Positions 21,561 through 34,678 of a stretch of 64,000 bases of DNA are shown piece after piece. Position 1 is the first letter of the stretch. The number at the start of each line of letters is the position of its first letter. The notes under the pieces were generated by a model, which ran no database searches, was not told the origin of the DNA, and was given only the letters and a program-made list of their open reading frames with translations. The DNA is from Marsupella aquatica. Lineage: Eukaryota > Plantae > Marchantiophyta. The position numbers and the translations under genes are program-made. The stretch lies in assembly GCA_973895155.1 (NCBI GenBank), contig OZ316894.1, positions 14,461,680-14,525,679 of the forward strand. Direction: 5' to 3'.

Positions 21561-24060
21561 ATGCTTGCCGAATTCAACCCGCAAAGGTACAAAGCTGAAA
21601 GAGAGTATGAACGACTCATCCATTTGGCCGGGCGCTCTCACTATAACAACGACCTCAATCTTCCCTTTTTGAGAAAATTTTGTCGAGACGATGAGATCGC
21701 CGAATTCTTCTTCGATGGTTCAAAGTACCTTGGCTTTGGGGAAGCGCTCCTTTGACTTCCGGATGAGGTCTTCACAATCCCAAGCACGATGGACTTGCAG
21801 CGTCATCACTTTGACCATATACCCGCCAAGATTCAGTCCTTCCTTGACTATCAATTTGGTAGCCCTAATACGAGGGAGTCGTCAATCCTAACATCACTTG
21901 GATTCCCCTCCAACCTTCTGAATCCTATGGCGTTGCCTCCAACTACACCCACAGCCAACTTGTTGGCATTATTGCAACCGCCGCATTGGCCTCATTCAAG
22001 CCGCTCTCCACCACCGGCAGCACCACCCATTTGGGTATGATCCGTGGTGAACGTGAACATTAGCTCAGAGGATGAGGAGGCTCATCCTCCCTTGGTCTGG
22101 AGACCACCGGGGGCACACCGATACGGGTCTGGTAACACATCGCCGCCCGCACAAGCCCGGACCCGAGAGGCGGTCCAGATAGACAACATGGTGACTGTTG
22201 CGGCCCCAACACCAGTTCCGATAGCAGTCGCGCTATCCCTACCAAATAGGGAGGATGGGGAGATGTCCCCTTCTACGAGCCATCCCGGGAACAACTCTCA
22301 AGGAAGAAAGAGGAAGGAGCCGGCTGCAGTATCCGGTTTACTCATGGCCACCATTGCGGTGGCCAAGTTGACCATGCATCACATGGGGGAGAATGTTCAC
22401 AAGAACATTCTCCATCCAAAGCATGCAACGTACCTGAAGACCCAAGGGTTTGAACACCTCGCCGCCCTTCCTTGGAACACTTGCAAGTACTACGGGCAAG
22501 ACATGACGGAGTTCATCCAGAACTTTGACAAGGCCCGTCAACAACCCGTGCGCACGGACGGGTAATGCCTTTGAATAAGGAGCGGCTTAAGCTCATTTTT
22601 GGCCTACTCGAGGGTCAGAATTGGGTGGAGTCACGAGCCCCAGGGGGCAAGGGAGAAAAGTACCAATCCTCAAGCTTCTCGCCTGAGGGTTCGGTGGACA
22701 ACGGCTTCTTGATGAGAACATGCCTCATCCGAGAGATTGCGGAGCGGCTGGAGTTTCAGCGGTACGCCCTCCACATGATGGAGCCACGGGGAGAGATATC
22801 CGCAGCAGAGGTGATCTAGGTCAAGAACTATCAAACTAGAAAGTGGGCTTCCTTCTTCGTCAAGAAGTTCCGCGAGGAAATGGAGCGACAAAGGAAGACC
22901 CTGTACCTCGGGGGGAAGGCGTACCTTGCAAGCCACATCAAGATTATTATCGAGTGGTACGCCCATTTTGATCGACGAACTCTTCCATGGCTCAACGAGC
23001 CCAAGCTCACCCCACCCTGATGGGTCTTTCCGGTGCTGGAACGACGGCCGCAACCCAAATCCCGGACTCCAGCCCCAGTAGTGCCCACCCTAGCCCCACC
23101 ACCAGCCATTGAGACACCCTCTCCGGTGCTAGACTTGGCGGCAATTGCAACCCTGGATAGTCAAAACCAGGCCCGTGCAGTGACCATTGAGCCTGAGGAA
23201 GCCGACCCCAAGCCCGAGGCCATTAGTCCAGAGGGAATCGCAGTACCAGCCGCACCAACACCAGAAGACCCTTTGGCTGGGAGCCTTGCCCCCTCTAACC
23301 GTCCTGCCTCTGGGCTGGACGTAACAACCTCTGCCTCCCTCCGAGTAGAGGTCTTCCCTTGCCCGAACTCAAGTGGGCACAGCTTGGTGAACCCGGAACT
23401 CTTTGCACCGGGCACATATTTGAACGGGCTGCTGGAAGACTTCTCCCAACAAATTAGCTGAGAAATGGGGGAGTTCGTGGTCTGCAAGGTAGCCTACTTC
23501 TTTAGTCGGGAGCTGGTGGCGGCGGTGAAAGCGGGACGGGCATAGGCTGAAGCCACAGCAAAGATTGAGCGGTACCGAGTTGAGACAGCCCGAATCTTAG
23601 GCAAAACAGCACACCAAGATACTGAGCTGCAGCTTCTCCATCCTCAGCTGGTGACGGCCCTTGCTCAAGCCACCGATACCGAGGCCAAGTTAACCTTGGC
23701 CAAACAAGCCGGAGCCGGGAAGGACGCCAAGATCTCACGACTCCGAGCCCAGATTGACAGTTTGAAGGGGCAAGCTTAATCGGGCAGAAGGGCATAGAGG
23801 AGGCCGATACTCAGGCCCATCGAGATACCGCCAAGGTGGACGCCCTGAAAGTGGGGGTGGCATGGCTTCAACAAGAAGCCGCTAAACAAGACCAACTGGT
23901 GGCCAAGTTGATGAGCAACAATCAACAGTGGGAAGAGGCGTGCCAGGAGGCCGTGGAGGAGATGGATGCGATGAAGAGAGAGAATGATTCTCTCATGGAC
24001 CAGGTCTAGATCCTCAATCAAGACGTTGATTGGCTGAGGAGGCAGCGGGATGACCAATCC
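21561..24060 (+). pseudogene. Degenerate homolog of the gypsy extra ORF, inside LTR-like DNA
   Basis: FEHLAALPW...EFIQNF...LKLIFGL..G...SVDNGFLMRTC aligns with LEAFVRLPW...EFVGSW...IAEVFGLP.G...STKNGFFRNTC of 4298-6898. Many stops and frameshifts. TGTGACGCCG at 21022 and TATAAAA at about 21375 lie upstream. Confidence 0.6.
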
Positions 24061-24918
24061 AAGTCCCACTCGGGCGGATCTAACAAGCGAGCCAAACACT
24101 AAGTGGCGCCGATAGTTTAGAATAGCGTAGGTTTAGCCATGGAAGTAGGACACTACCAACGAGCGCCGGAACTAGTTAGAGTGGCGCTGACAACTTTTCT
24201 TAGCATAGCATCTTAGGGTAACAACAAGTCATTTAGTGGATTAGCGTTTAGCGAGGATTAGCATAGGCTAGAACCAAGCACGTGACCACTCCTGGCCACG
24301 GCTCTTAGTTAATATTTAGTGCACCCCGGTAGAGGCAGGGGGACTTTGGGTTTTAAACCGGGTATCCACAGATGTGCAAGGAATCCCGACCTTAGTGAAT
24401 AGAAGAGTACTAGGAGTGAGGGTACGACTAAGCTCATCGGGCGAGTGCGGAGCTGGGCTCCGTTGTAATGTACACCTCATTGCCGGTGGGCTATTTATTC
24501 CCAAAGAAGTCAAGTAGACCATATATGTACATGTGACGGATTTATAATTGAAAGTTTTTCCCCACCATTTCCTTTGTATAAACCGAGATTGTATGTGTGT
24601 AAGCTGCTATGTTCATTAGTCTTGTATACGGGTATAGAATGCTTGGCCAAACGCATTGTACAAGCTGCGCACAGGGTGACGGCTGCGGATAATGGTTGCG
24701 AGCCCAGATCAAATACCCGTATCATTGGATCCGGATCGGAGGTGGACAGCACAAAGGCTTATAAGTCCCTAAGCCAGGGTCGATCCAACTATCAATTTGG
24801 GGTATGTTCTGGCAGCGGAATAAAAAGTATACCTATGATACGGGGCATGTCCGTACCATATGGACACACTAAATTTTGCTCTGTTTTTTTGGTCAGTTTT
24901 TCTGTCCGTATGTCCATC

Positions 24919-25907
24919 TCATAAAAAAATTGGCAAAATGATTGATAACTGATGAAATAATTGACCCCATTTCACTAGCACCAAAGAGTGTTTGCCAAAC
25001 AAAAGGAAGATATAGTATGGGCTGTTGTAGTAGTTTTGTGAGCCAAGTTGTAAGCATACTTGGCTAACAGATAGCAGCTTCAGTTTTATGGGCAGGCACA
25101 GTCTTGTTGAGAGTTTTTCCCATGATTCATTGGCTCTCTTAGTCAATCCATTGTTTAGGGTGGTACAATGTGGTTTCCAATGGGTGATCAGGTAGTTCTC
25201 CATCTACCTATCAATTGTACAATTGAGGAAGTGAGTACCCGTGGCTATCACTTAGTAGCTCCAGGGTTGGCCCAACCCAAGTGAAAAATTGTTTGTATAA
25301 AATCTGTCTCATGGTGTTGGCATCATCCTTGCCAGTGACCCTAAGTGGCCTTGTGCAATTTCATGACATAGTCAATGGCCACAATGATATATAATCCCCC
25401 CCCCCCCGTGCATGTGAAGGGACTGATGAAGTCTCCCCCACTTTCCAAAGGGTGCAAGGGGGAGTATGGCACCAATGGATGTTGGGAAGAGGGTCTTGGT
25501 ATTCTCGGGTGCTGGCAAGGATTGATCACATCTCTAGATGTACTCGACAAAGGGTTGAATGACCAATAGTAGCCGACATCCAAGGTTTTCTTGGCAGTGG
25601 TCTTGGACAAAGTGGCCTCAGTCTCCCTTCCTCCTCATGTACTGCAGTCATGACAATACATATTTTAGCTTCCTCCAAGAACAAAGAAGACAACCTTCCA
25701 GCCCATACTGTGAAGTACTCCCTTCACAAGCAAGCATGGTCCTGATTTTGTAAAAATATGGTTGCTTGTTCAGGTGTCAACCTAACTGGTACCCTAGCAA
25801 TATGGAAGAATACCATAAATTCTACATACCAGTTACTGGTGTCACACCAATGACTTAAGTTGTTGGCTTTGTGCAGGAGTACATGGATATCATCACCAAC
25901 CACCATG
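24919..25907 (-). pseudogene. Degraded gypsy integrase remnant (target of element A)
   Basis: Fragments TAKKTLDVGYYW, YIIVAIDYVMK, NGLTKRAN and LTPEQATIF match the Pol at 6963-10229. Confidence 0.8.
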
Positions 25908-26234
25908 CCCTTTGCAGGGGGATCTCTCCGTGACAGCAAATAGCAAACAACAAACAGCAAATAGTAAACAACAAACAACAAAACTTATACCAGCAAATGT
26001 GCACCCAAAAAAAGACACCGAACGATAAGAAAATATTGTCACATATATTGGACAGGAAGCGCCCATTGAGTACATTTATACTAGCGCCGGGCGCTATAAG
26101 GAAAACATCCGAATAAAAACCTCTTTGAACTACCGCTACAGTAATAGCGTCGGGCGCTACTCTAATCCGACACATCACGGCGTTCTTATTTAGTGTCGTC
26201 ATTCTCCACGAACGGGTAAATAAAACAAGGAAAA

Positions 26235-29200
26235 CTAAAGACCAGATCCACAACCACCACTCAACTCTGAGCCCGATTCAAAACCGCTACTTTTTGATCT
26301 ATCAGTGGACTCTGCTTCATCGTCCACATACTTGGATTTTGCAATATCATCTACGAAGTGATTCTGCACAAACTTTCTATCTGAGCCTCTCCTGAGTCTA
26401 AGACCCTTACTCTCCCAAGTAAGCATCTTGACTGAATCTGCCCGTCGTGCCGCCTTTTCAGCATAAGAGGGGAGAACAAATGGCTTCTCCGGGGTGGTAT
26501 AGCGACGGAGACAGGAAACAGGTAAACAGGAATTTTTTTTCCTGTTTTTAATATGTTGTTACCAGGAAAAAATCATTGTTACCAAGAAAAATGACAATTT
26601 AAAACTGTCTCCTAAAACATGTTATTTCCAAAAAAAATTAACAATCCAACATTTTTGGCTAGCTTTGGGCGCTACTATTAGCAGCGCCGGGCGCTAGCAA
26701 AAAAACTGGTTGACCAAAAAAAAAACTTTTTTTTCTTAATTTTTTTCTTTCAAAAAACAATTCCACCCATTTTCCTGTTACCAAATTTTTTTCCTGCTAC
26801 CAGTTTCTGTTATTAAATTGTGTTTCCTGTTTGCTGTCTTTTGTAAACACCTCCTCCGGGGTCTATACAACGTTCCTAGAGACGTTCCTTCGAAGTTGAA
26901 AATGCCTCCGAAGATTCCACTATGACCTGAGAATTTGAACTGGAGTTCTTTAGTCGAAGTCGGGAAATCGGGCGAATTTTCTAGACAAAAGGGAGTATAT
27001 GAGTTCTTTGGAAAAAAGTCTACAATGAGAGAAAGAAAGCTAAAGAAAATTACTCTTCTGACTCTTCACTGTCCTCATCTCCAGATCCAAGGTCCACCAC
27101 ATTCTTTGACACCTCATCATCTTTAGATTGCTGAGAAGCATTGCCACCCTCACCCTCGTCTTCCGAATCAAAATTTAGAATAGCACGGAGCCTGTCCTGC
27201 TTCTTACTTCCAGGAATCTTCTTAGGAGGAGTTGGTGCAACCACTTCTTTGTTCTGTAAAAGATCGAGGAAGACCTTACCGGAAGTATCAACAAACTCTG
27301 GCAGATTTTCCAGCCCAACAACAAAGCGACCAGAATAATCTCCAGCCATAGACGTACTACCGGAACCTACTATCCAGTCCATAATGATATCTCCAGGAAG
27401 AGTCACCAATTCCAAAATAGTTTGCATGAAACCCACAGGCAAGCGTGAATTTCCTGCAAATTGGAGCTCAGGAGTCGGGTCATGTCGCGGCAACGAAAAC
27501 CCAATAATGTTAGTGACGGAAGGGTCTTCTTCATTTGATAGTGGCCGGAACTTGGGGTCTTCGGGACCCTTCCTTTTGTCAAAATGCGGCAACATATATT
27601 AAGAGTAAGTGTGAATATCTGCAACACAGTTTCCCAATGAAGGCAGTATAAGAAAACAGACACATATATTAGCGCTTGGCGCTAGTCAACCCTTCATCCT
27701 TACGAAAGATAAGTGAATTGTAGATATAGCGAATGTTGATAGTAGCGACGGGCGCTAGTATGTGCAAGAGGAATTGTTACCTGAGTATCAGATCGGGGCC
27801 TATACATTGGTGTAGTCATGACCACATGGTGGGTTGAAATACACTGGAAACACTTAGAATCCTGGCAAGCCGCAATCACTTCAAATACCTGATCATAGTC
27901 TCCTCTGTGTAAAATTGCAAGTAGGCCATTGTCTGCCAGGAATGGCTCCATGGCTCGGAAGAAAGAGCTGGGAATAGTGTAATCCTGAAGGTTCCACTTG
28001 GGAACCTTCCAATCAAGAAGTGTTGGTTTTAATCCAGTGGGAATGTAGATGAAACCAGCATCCACACCAAAGCCCCTCTCTTTTCCGCCACGCATTACTC
28101 CCTTCTCTCTGTCTCCTGACTTTACCAATTCCTTTCCCCAGGCCTCAACTTTAGTAACCCACATGGGCTTCATCCCCTTGTTAAATACCGAATCGTAAAA
28201 TTTGTTTAAATTGGACTCCACAAAACAGTGTCTAGAACACCTTCGCTTAAAATTCCCGACATCTCTCTGGAGTCCACAGGAAATAACATCTCAAGTAGAT
28301 GATGCTGCTCTGTCCTCACCGGCGCCTCTCTTTTTCTTTGTGCTAGTTGCGTCAATAGGGACAATGGATTTGCCAGCACCATCCGGGGTCCCTTGATCCG
28401 GGGTTTCTTGAGCTCCAGTGTTTGCCTCCAATGCCTGAGGAGTTGCATCATTCTTCCCTTCGGCAGCCGGGACCTCCGTGTTGGACTTTCGACCTCCTGT
28501 TAGGCACAGAAACTTGCATGAGTCCAACCTTTCAGACCAGCGCCAGGCGCTATTAATCAAAGGAATTTCCAAATGAAACTTCTGCATAAGCAGGGCCAAC
28601 AAGTAACCAAAAAGCGCTTAGACTATTCACTTTTCTTGAAGGACCTTGTGGAGTCACTTGGTGCAGCTGACTCATTCTTCGCCTTTGCTCTTGGCTTACG
28701 GCTTCGGTCAACGTGCATGACAAGAGACTCACAATTCTTCTGTAACTCAGATGCAGATTCGTCAACATCAGACTGGAGACCTTGCTTCATTGTAGACACA
28801 TAGTTGGCAGGGATCTGGGACTTCTGTAACTTCATGAAGGCATCCTTCTCAGCTTTGTCGAACGGTTAATCCCATTTGTCTGTGTCGAGGTACCACGGAC
28901 AGTGAAGTCTCTCCCACTCCGACAATGAACGTGGTGGAAACTTTCCCTCCGCTGGGTACATCAAATACAGGTCGGCAAGAGCGTCTCCCTCTTTGATAGA
29001 CACCCATTTCTGAAATGCAACCGGGTATGCCCACAGAGTGTCAGGAGATCTAAGCTCCATCCACATGTAAAACCGGTATAGATATCGTTTGGCTCTCTTC
29101 CGGTTCCGCTTTGTGTAATCTTCCTTGTCCGCATATTTGGAAGGCCACAAGTTGTTGAAGAATTTTGCCTTGACAAGATCCCCAAAGTTTCTGAATTCAT

Positions 29201-30654
29201 CGAGAATGATCTTAAGCATGGCCTCCATTGACTCACACCCAGACTTTGTGAGATGGTCAGCCGGCATCCGGTCAGAAATCTGTTTGAAGGAAGTGTGAAG
29301 CATTCCAGTTGCAATTCCCTCCACAAAATTCCAAGTATGCCATGTATGGCACCACTGCTTCATAGGCTCGTCGTTGACACTTGCAGGATGGAAAAACTGT
29401 TTCTGAATCTCGGGAGTGCAGTGGGCTACTAGAAGGGTGCACCTCAATTTTGGATCTAGGTATGAAACAACAGTAAACAACCTGGCTCGATCCATTGTGC
29501 ATACAATTGTGTCTGGCTTCTTCTCCCGTTTGTTCTTCTCAGTTACGGGATACATCTCAGCACAGGTTCCCAAATAATCTCCAAAATCCGGATGAAGTAA
29601 AGGGGTGATCTTCGTCACTTTGATCAACCAATCTTTGGTCGCCTCCTTCATCATTGCCTCATGCCTCTTTGTGGTCTCCTCTTCTGACCAAGGAGCCCCT
29701 TGAGCTTTGGCTAAAGCCATATCAGACTTAAATTGATTTGAGTAAGACTTGATTTTGTCTACACACAGAATGTAGATGAGAGCATCCTGTGGCATTTTAT
29801 GTGTAAACCAAGACCCCTTTCTCGTCTTCTTTTGGATCGCCTCAAACTTTGCCATGTTCGCATTGTCAATGAGTGGCTTATAGTGATCAAGATCACGTGA
29901 CAGAATTCGGGAAATTCTGTCCGCGTCAAGAATCCAGGAAGGCTCAATGACTACTTGTCCAAGCCTGGATGCAATGAAAAGGAATTAGTAGCGCCGGGCG
30001 CTAGCAAAAATTGGGGAATGAACACTTTTGCAAAGCATGTTTGGTCCAAAATGAATGACAGGGGTAACAACAGTTAACGAATAGAACTTACTGGTTCACG
30101 GTGTGCATTGCCACCTCGAGCTCAACTAGCAAACCTCTATCACCATTGAAAATGACGCAAATCACACGAGGATGATACTTCAAGTTGTTTGGATTCTCCC
30201 TGGTGACGATTGACCAGGAGTACAATCGATGATTTCCATCAAACACACAAAACATTTTATCTTTTAGAATATGGAACGTTGGGTCCGCATCACACTCTTC
30301 CTCAAACTTGTTGTTCTCTACGACCCAGATTGGATCCCAAGAGTCTCGGATCTCGCTGGTGCATATCTGAGGAACCCCATCGGCATTCGCAGGCTGAACG
30401 TAGAAAGGCATCCCAATGCGCGAGTTGTACTCGGTGACCCGGAATGATTCTTTCAACTTCTCGATCGATGCACTTTCTTTTTGTAAGGTTTGAACAACCT
30501 CCATGGGGAGCAATCTGCAAAGAGGAATTTGAGGTGGCTCCTTATCGAATCCTCGAAAATCCTTCCCGAACGACAATGCATGCTTTGATATTACCTCGTC
30601 CATCGATAAGCCAATGTCACTGACTTCACCCATGGAGACCTCCTTAGGGTCCAT
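26235..30654 (-). pseudogene. ParB/Srx-like plus beta-class DNA-methyltransferase-like fusion gene, 5 exons (element A)
   Basis: VFDGNHRLYSW; VDAGFIYIPTG; FLADNGLLAILH; LELVTLPGDIIMDWIVGSGSTSMAGDYSGRFVVGLE. GT-AG introns collinear with element B plus an extra intron 27619-27780. Frameshifts, stops and a MITE insertion. Confidence 0.8.
26496..26853. mobile_element. 358-bp non-autonomous MITE of the A/B family
   Basis: 9-bp TSD CTCCGGGGT (26487-26495 and 26854-26862). End (rc) GAGGTGTTTACAAAAGACAGCAAACAG resembles the element B TIR. Contains AGCGCCGGGCGCT at 26683. Interrupts the last exon. Confidence 0.85.
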
Positions 30655-31951
30655 TCTCCCTCTCCTCAACCTTGGGTAGGGCTATGAAAATTCAGCTTCG
30701 GAAGTTGACAGGGACGCAGTTGATCGAGTGACGCGACGGGTGTATACAGAACCAGCGAACAAAGACTGAGAGGACTCAGAATGACCACCATCAGTCTCCC
30801 CCATTCTTGTATCACCTAGCCAAAAGTTGCCATGGAGCGCGACTCGACCACCCGACAGTGTCGTATGCGCCGTGCAGTTCTTGTGACGATCACGTCTCAA
30901 AATGTATGGGACCAATAAAGGACACACATACGCACTTGACAAACTCGTACAGTCCGAGGCCTGAGCGCTTAGACGGACTAAATTATCCCAAATGAGCGAT
31001 CTCCACCTCGTATTAAGACACCAATACAATGGACCCAGCCATTCGATTACAACGGTCCCAAGTACAGATGACATTCTCCAATTGGACTTTCATCCTAGAC
31101 AAAAGGAAAAAGGGTTCCGTGAACCTCAATCGACTATAATATTACCGTTGGAAAGTGACCGTTGGAACCACATCAGTGTCGGTAGTCGTGGATAGCGCCA
31201 GGCGCTACTATACAACATACCTTCAAGTGTATCTGAAAACTGTCTTCATGTAGATACGGGCAGTACTGTCAATACTATTCTCTATAAATTTTCCAATTTT
31301 GTGCAGGTGTCGACAAGCCAACTTTAGTAGCGCTCGGCGCTAGTATTCAAATAAATGATGAAATCGGAGTCCAATGACAACAAACATGACCACATGAACC
31401 CATTCATTCAACGAATATTCCAATGAATTACAATAGCGCCTGGCGCTATTAAAATGCACATCAATTGAACAGAATTTGTTGAAATAAAAGTAAAAAATAA
31501 CTCCGAACGGGTCTGACTTGTGATTCCTTTAATTAATAGCGCCCAACGCTATCAAAAACAATTTAAAGATAAGACATGTCACGACAGTGTTAAGGACACT
31601 TTGTTTCTCATAATAGCGCCAAACGCTACTAAAAACATTGACAGCAAACGAGTGTTTACGACAATTTCAAAGAAATCGATCAGGTTCGCATTCAGAAATA
31701 CAATGCTAACACGGGAGTAGAACCGGAAATTAAAGCTTCATATTCTGAATTCAAAAGCATTGACACCGATGTAAAAATGAACGGCTGTGCCGTTCATATA
31801 CAAAATGTTACAGTACACTAGAAATCCGACATACGGTGAAGGAATGGTATGCGTTTTCTATCGGAAAAACGTGTGGAAACAAATCCTATCAACCTCGATG
31901 GATCCTCCAAGTCTCTCCAGCACTCAAACGATACGCTCTGACAACAGGAAA

Positions 31952-32683
31952 TCAGTCTTCCCACCAACTTGGCTTGTACGCATCGGAGTCGTCATTCGAG
32001 TCGCTCGATCCATACCACGCAAATCCTCGCCTACTCGGTGATGAGTCCCTGCTTGAAGAACAATCACTCTCAGTGGATGAAGAAGGCTCGGAGACACCCG
32101 TGCAGATAGTGCCGGCTCTCGGAAGGCCAACTGAAGCAGGGGCGATATCCCTAGCGGGAACAGAAGTTGGGCCGCTCGGATTTGGCCGACTGGATCCTTT
32201 GCTGCGGCCCGCAGGTGGGGCATTCTTCGGCTTCGAGATGAGTTTGCCCTTCTTCGAGATTGGAACCATCGTCCTCTCGACATTCGGCCGAGGCGGTAAG
32301 CTATTTGATGCGGGGGTCTCCCGGTTGGTGTCGCTCGGGACAAGTGCCTCCTCCTTTGCCTTCCCTCATGGAGGTGCCATTGAAAGTGAGGATGTGGACG
32401 AGAACAAGAAGCGAAAACAAGAACATGAACGAGGACAAGAGCGCAAACTAGGATGAGAATGAGAAACGAGGACAAGAACAAGAACAAGAATGCGCACGAA
32501 AGCGAAATAGAACCACTGGGCCCGAAAGCGAGAACAAGAACCACGCGCCCAAAAGATGAGCCACAACTGCGACTCAGTGAAGAATGGCTCGACAATGAGG
32601 ACATTGGAGGAGAACGGCGAGATATAAGGAGAATTCGCACTTGGTCCCGGGTACCCACTTCGAAGAGGACCCTCTGAGAGCAC
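31952..32683 (-). other. Possible low-complexity (S/P/K-rich) third ORF of element A, unknown
   Basis: GC-richer block with ORFs 31952-32269 and 32366-32683; no recognisable domain. Confidence 0.25.
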
Positions 32684-33204
32684 TTTTGGGGACGCTTCCT
32701 TTCTGACACATTTGGACCCGGGCGGATCGGATTCGCGAAGATCTAGTGGAGATCTTCAAGCGTGCCAACTTAATGACTTGTACTATATTGCGTTATTGTA
32801 CTTTTCCTTCCATTGAATGTTTTCAAGTCCATTGAAATAGGTAGCGCCAGGCGCTATTATTAATTGCCTTCGTACTCCTCACCCAAGAATGTTTGCACCC
32901 AGAGGTAGCGCCAGGCGCTATTATTATTGGCATTCATAGTCCTCACCCAAGAGTGTTTTACACTTAGAGGTAGCGCCAGGCGCTAGTAACTATGAACCCA
33001 AATCCTGCCATTGGTAAGACGACAAAACGTCATTGATGGAGTGCGTCCAAATCTATAACGACTCTATAGTGAGAATGAAACGTTTACTTCTCGTACTCAA
33101 ATCTCATGATAAACATATTTCATTTCGCGCTGTCGTGGGGATTCTTTGTTTAGTAAGTTCCTCCTAAGTATAGCTTAGTAGTATAGGATAGTAGTTTAAA
33201 TTCT

Positions 33205-33502
33205 TGCATATGCAGTCTATAGTGTGCATGCTACAGTGCACAACCTACAGTGTGCATGCTACAGTACACGGTCTACAGTATGCATGCTATATTGTTCGAT
33301 CTACAGTGTGCATGCTACAGTGTAAGACCTACAGTGTACGATCTACAGTGTGCATGCTACAGTGTACATGCTACAGTGTACGATCTACAGTATGCATGCT
33401 ACAGTGTACGATCTATAGTGTGCATGTTACAGTGTACGATCTACAATATGCATGCTATAGTGTACGATCTACAGTGTGCATACTACAGTGTATTGTCTAC
33501 AG
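33205..33502. repeat. Minisatellite of 14-bp alternating units (TACAGTGTGCATGC / TACAGTGTACGATC)
   Basis: About 20 units by direct inspection. Confidence 0.9.
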
Positions 33503-33721
33503 TTGCTCCACTCACGTAACTACAGTACTAGCACACTTACTTGCCTTGGATGTGTGACACATGGCTTCCATCCGTGTGCCATGCTTGATCCGTGTGCTTG
33601 AGGTGTGAGCACTATAAATAAAGAGGAGAGGGGCTCTCTCCCCTCACTCCCCATTTTTTATCAACTAAGTTGTGAAGTCTTAAAAATCTATTGGACTTGA
33701 TGATCTCTTCTATGAATATAA

Positions 33722-33985
33722 CCCTTATGAAGTAGACCCACTCATGCACTCTTGCTTAGAGCTTCGGCTCGGCCAGGGATATTTTGTATGAGTCGGACCT
33801 TCAGAAAGTGTTGTCATTTGATAGGAGATGGTTATTAAGTTCTAAAGAGTTGGAAAGTGCTCAACAATGCCTTGACATCATATGCTCCCTTTTGGGTGAA
33901 ATCCTTATGAAGTAGACCCACTCATGCACTCTTGCTTAGAGCTTCGGCTCGGCCAGAGGTATTTTGTATGAGTTGGACCTTCAGA
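33722..33985. repeat. Direct repeat of about 80 bp, 2 copies, in an LTR-like insert between the two genes of element A
   Basis: CCTTATGAAGTAGACCCACTCATGCACTCTTGCTTAGAGCTTCGGCTCGGCCAG at about 33723 and 33903. TATAAATA at about 33613. No equivalent in the element B spacer. Confidence 0.75.
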
Positions 33986-34678
33986 TAGTATTTTTATTCA
34001 AAAGAAGATCAACCTATTAAGATAAACATCTACATGTATATACTTAGAGTTAACTCAATGCATGATATTTGTTTGAAATGGATGATCTTTTTGTTGAATG
34101 ATTCTATCTCTTGTCATTAGAATGAAAATTAATTGGATGGAATATTTGATAGTACGATAATGCCCAGACCAATACCTATTCTTCCTCTCCCTAATCCTTT
34201 CCTTATTAGAATTCATGTACTCCAAAAAAAGATAATGCGCCAGCATATGACTTTTCACTTTGGAGAAGCATTTGCAACTGCGGTATTAAATTTAATAGAG
34301 CCAATTTTATACCCTTATGTAGTTTACGGGCAGGATTGGGCTTGCACAATTTTTATCTTGTATTGAGATGGATCTCAACAAACCTCCCTCCGATGAGCCT
34401 CCCGTTTCTTTCTCGTTGGGAGATATTTGTTTTGTAACTCGACCCAAGGTAGCTGCCAAGGAGGCAATAGTCCGTAGGTATGGAGAAAAGGGTTATGATG
34501 TTGTGCTTTCATCCACGGAACCGTTCCTTGTGGTGTCTGCTACCCAGTCTAGAATAGTAATCATGATCTTAACTTAAGTTCTCTCTTGACACTAGCAGCC
34601 ATAGGCCCGGTGCTTCCTCAAGAACCACATTTTTCCCCCAGACAGCGCGGGGCAAAGGCATATCCCTCTTTTGAAGCC

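Noticed and set aside
33204-33557. Cys/Tyr-rich repeat protein ORFs
   Set aside because: Translation of the 14-bp minisatellite.
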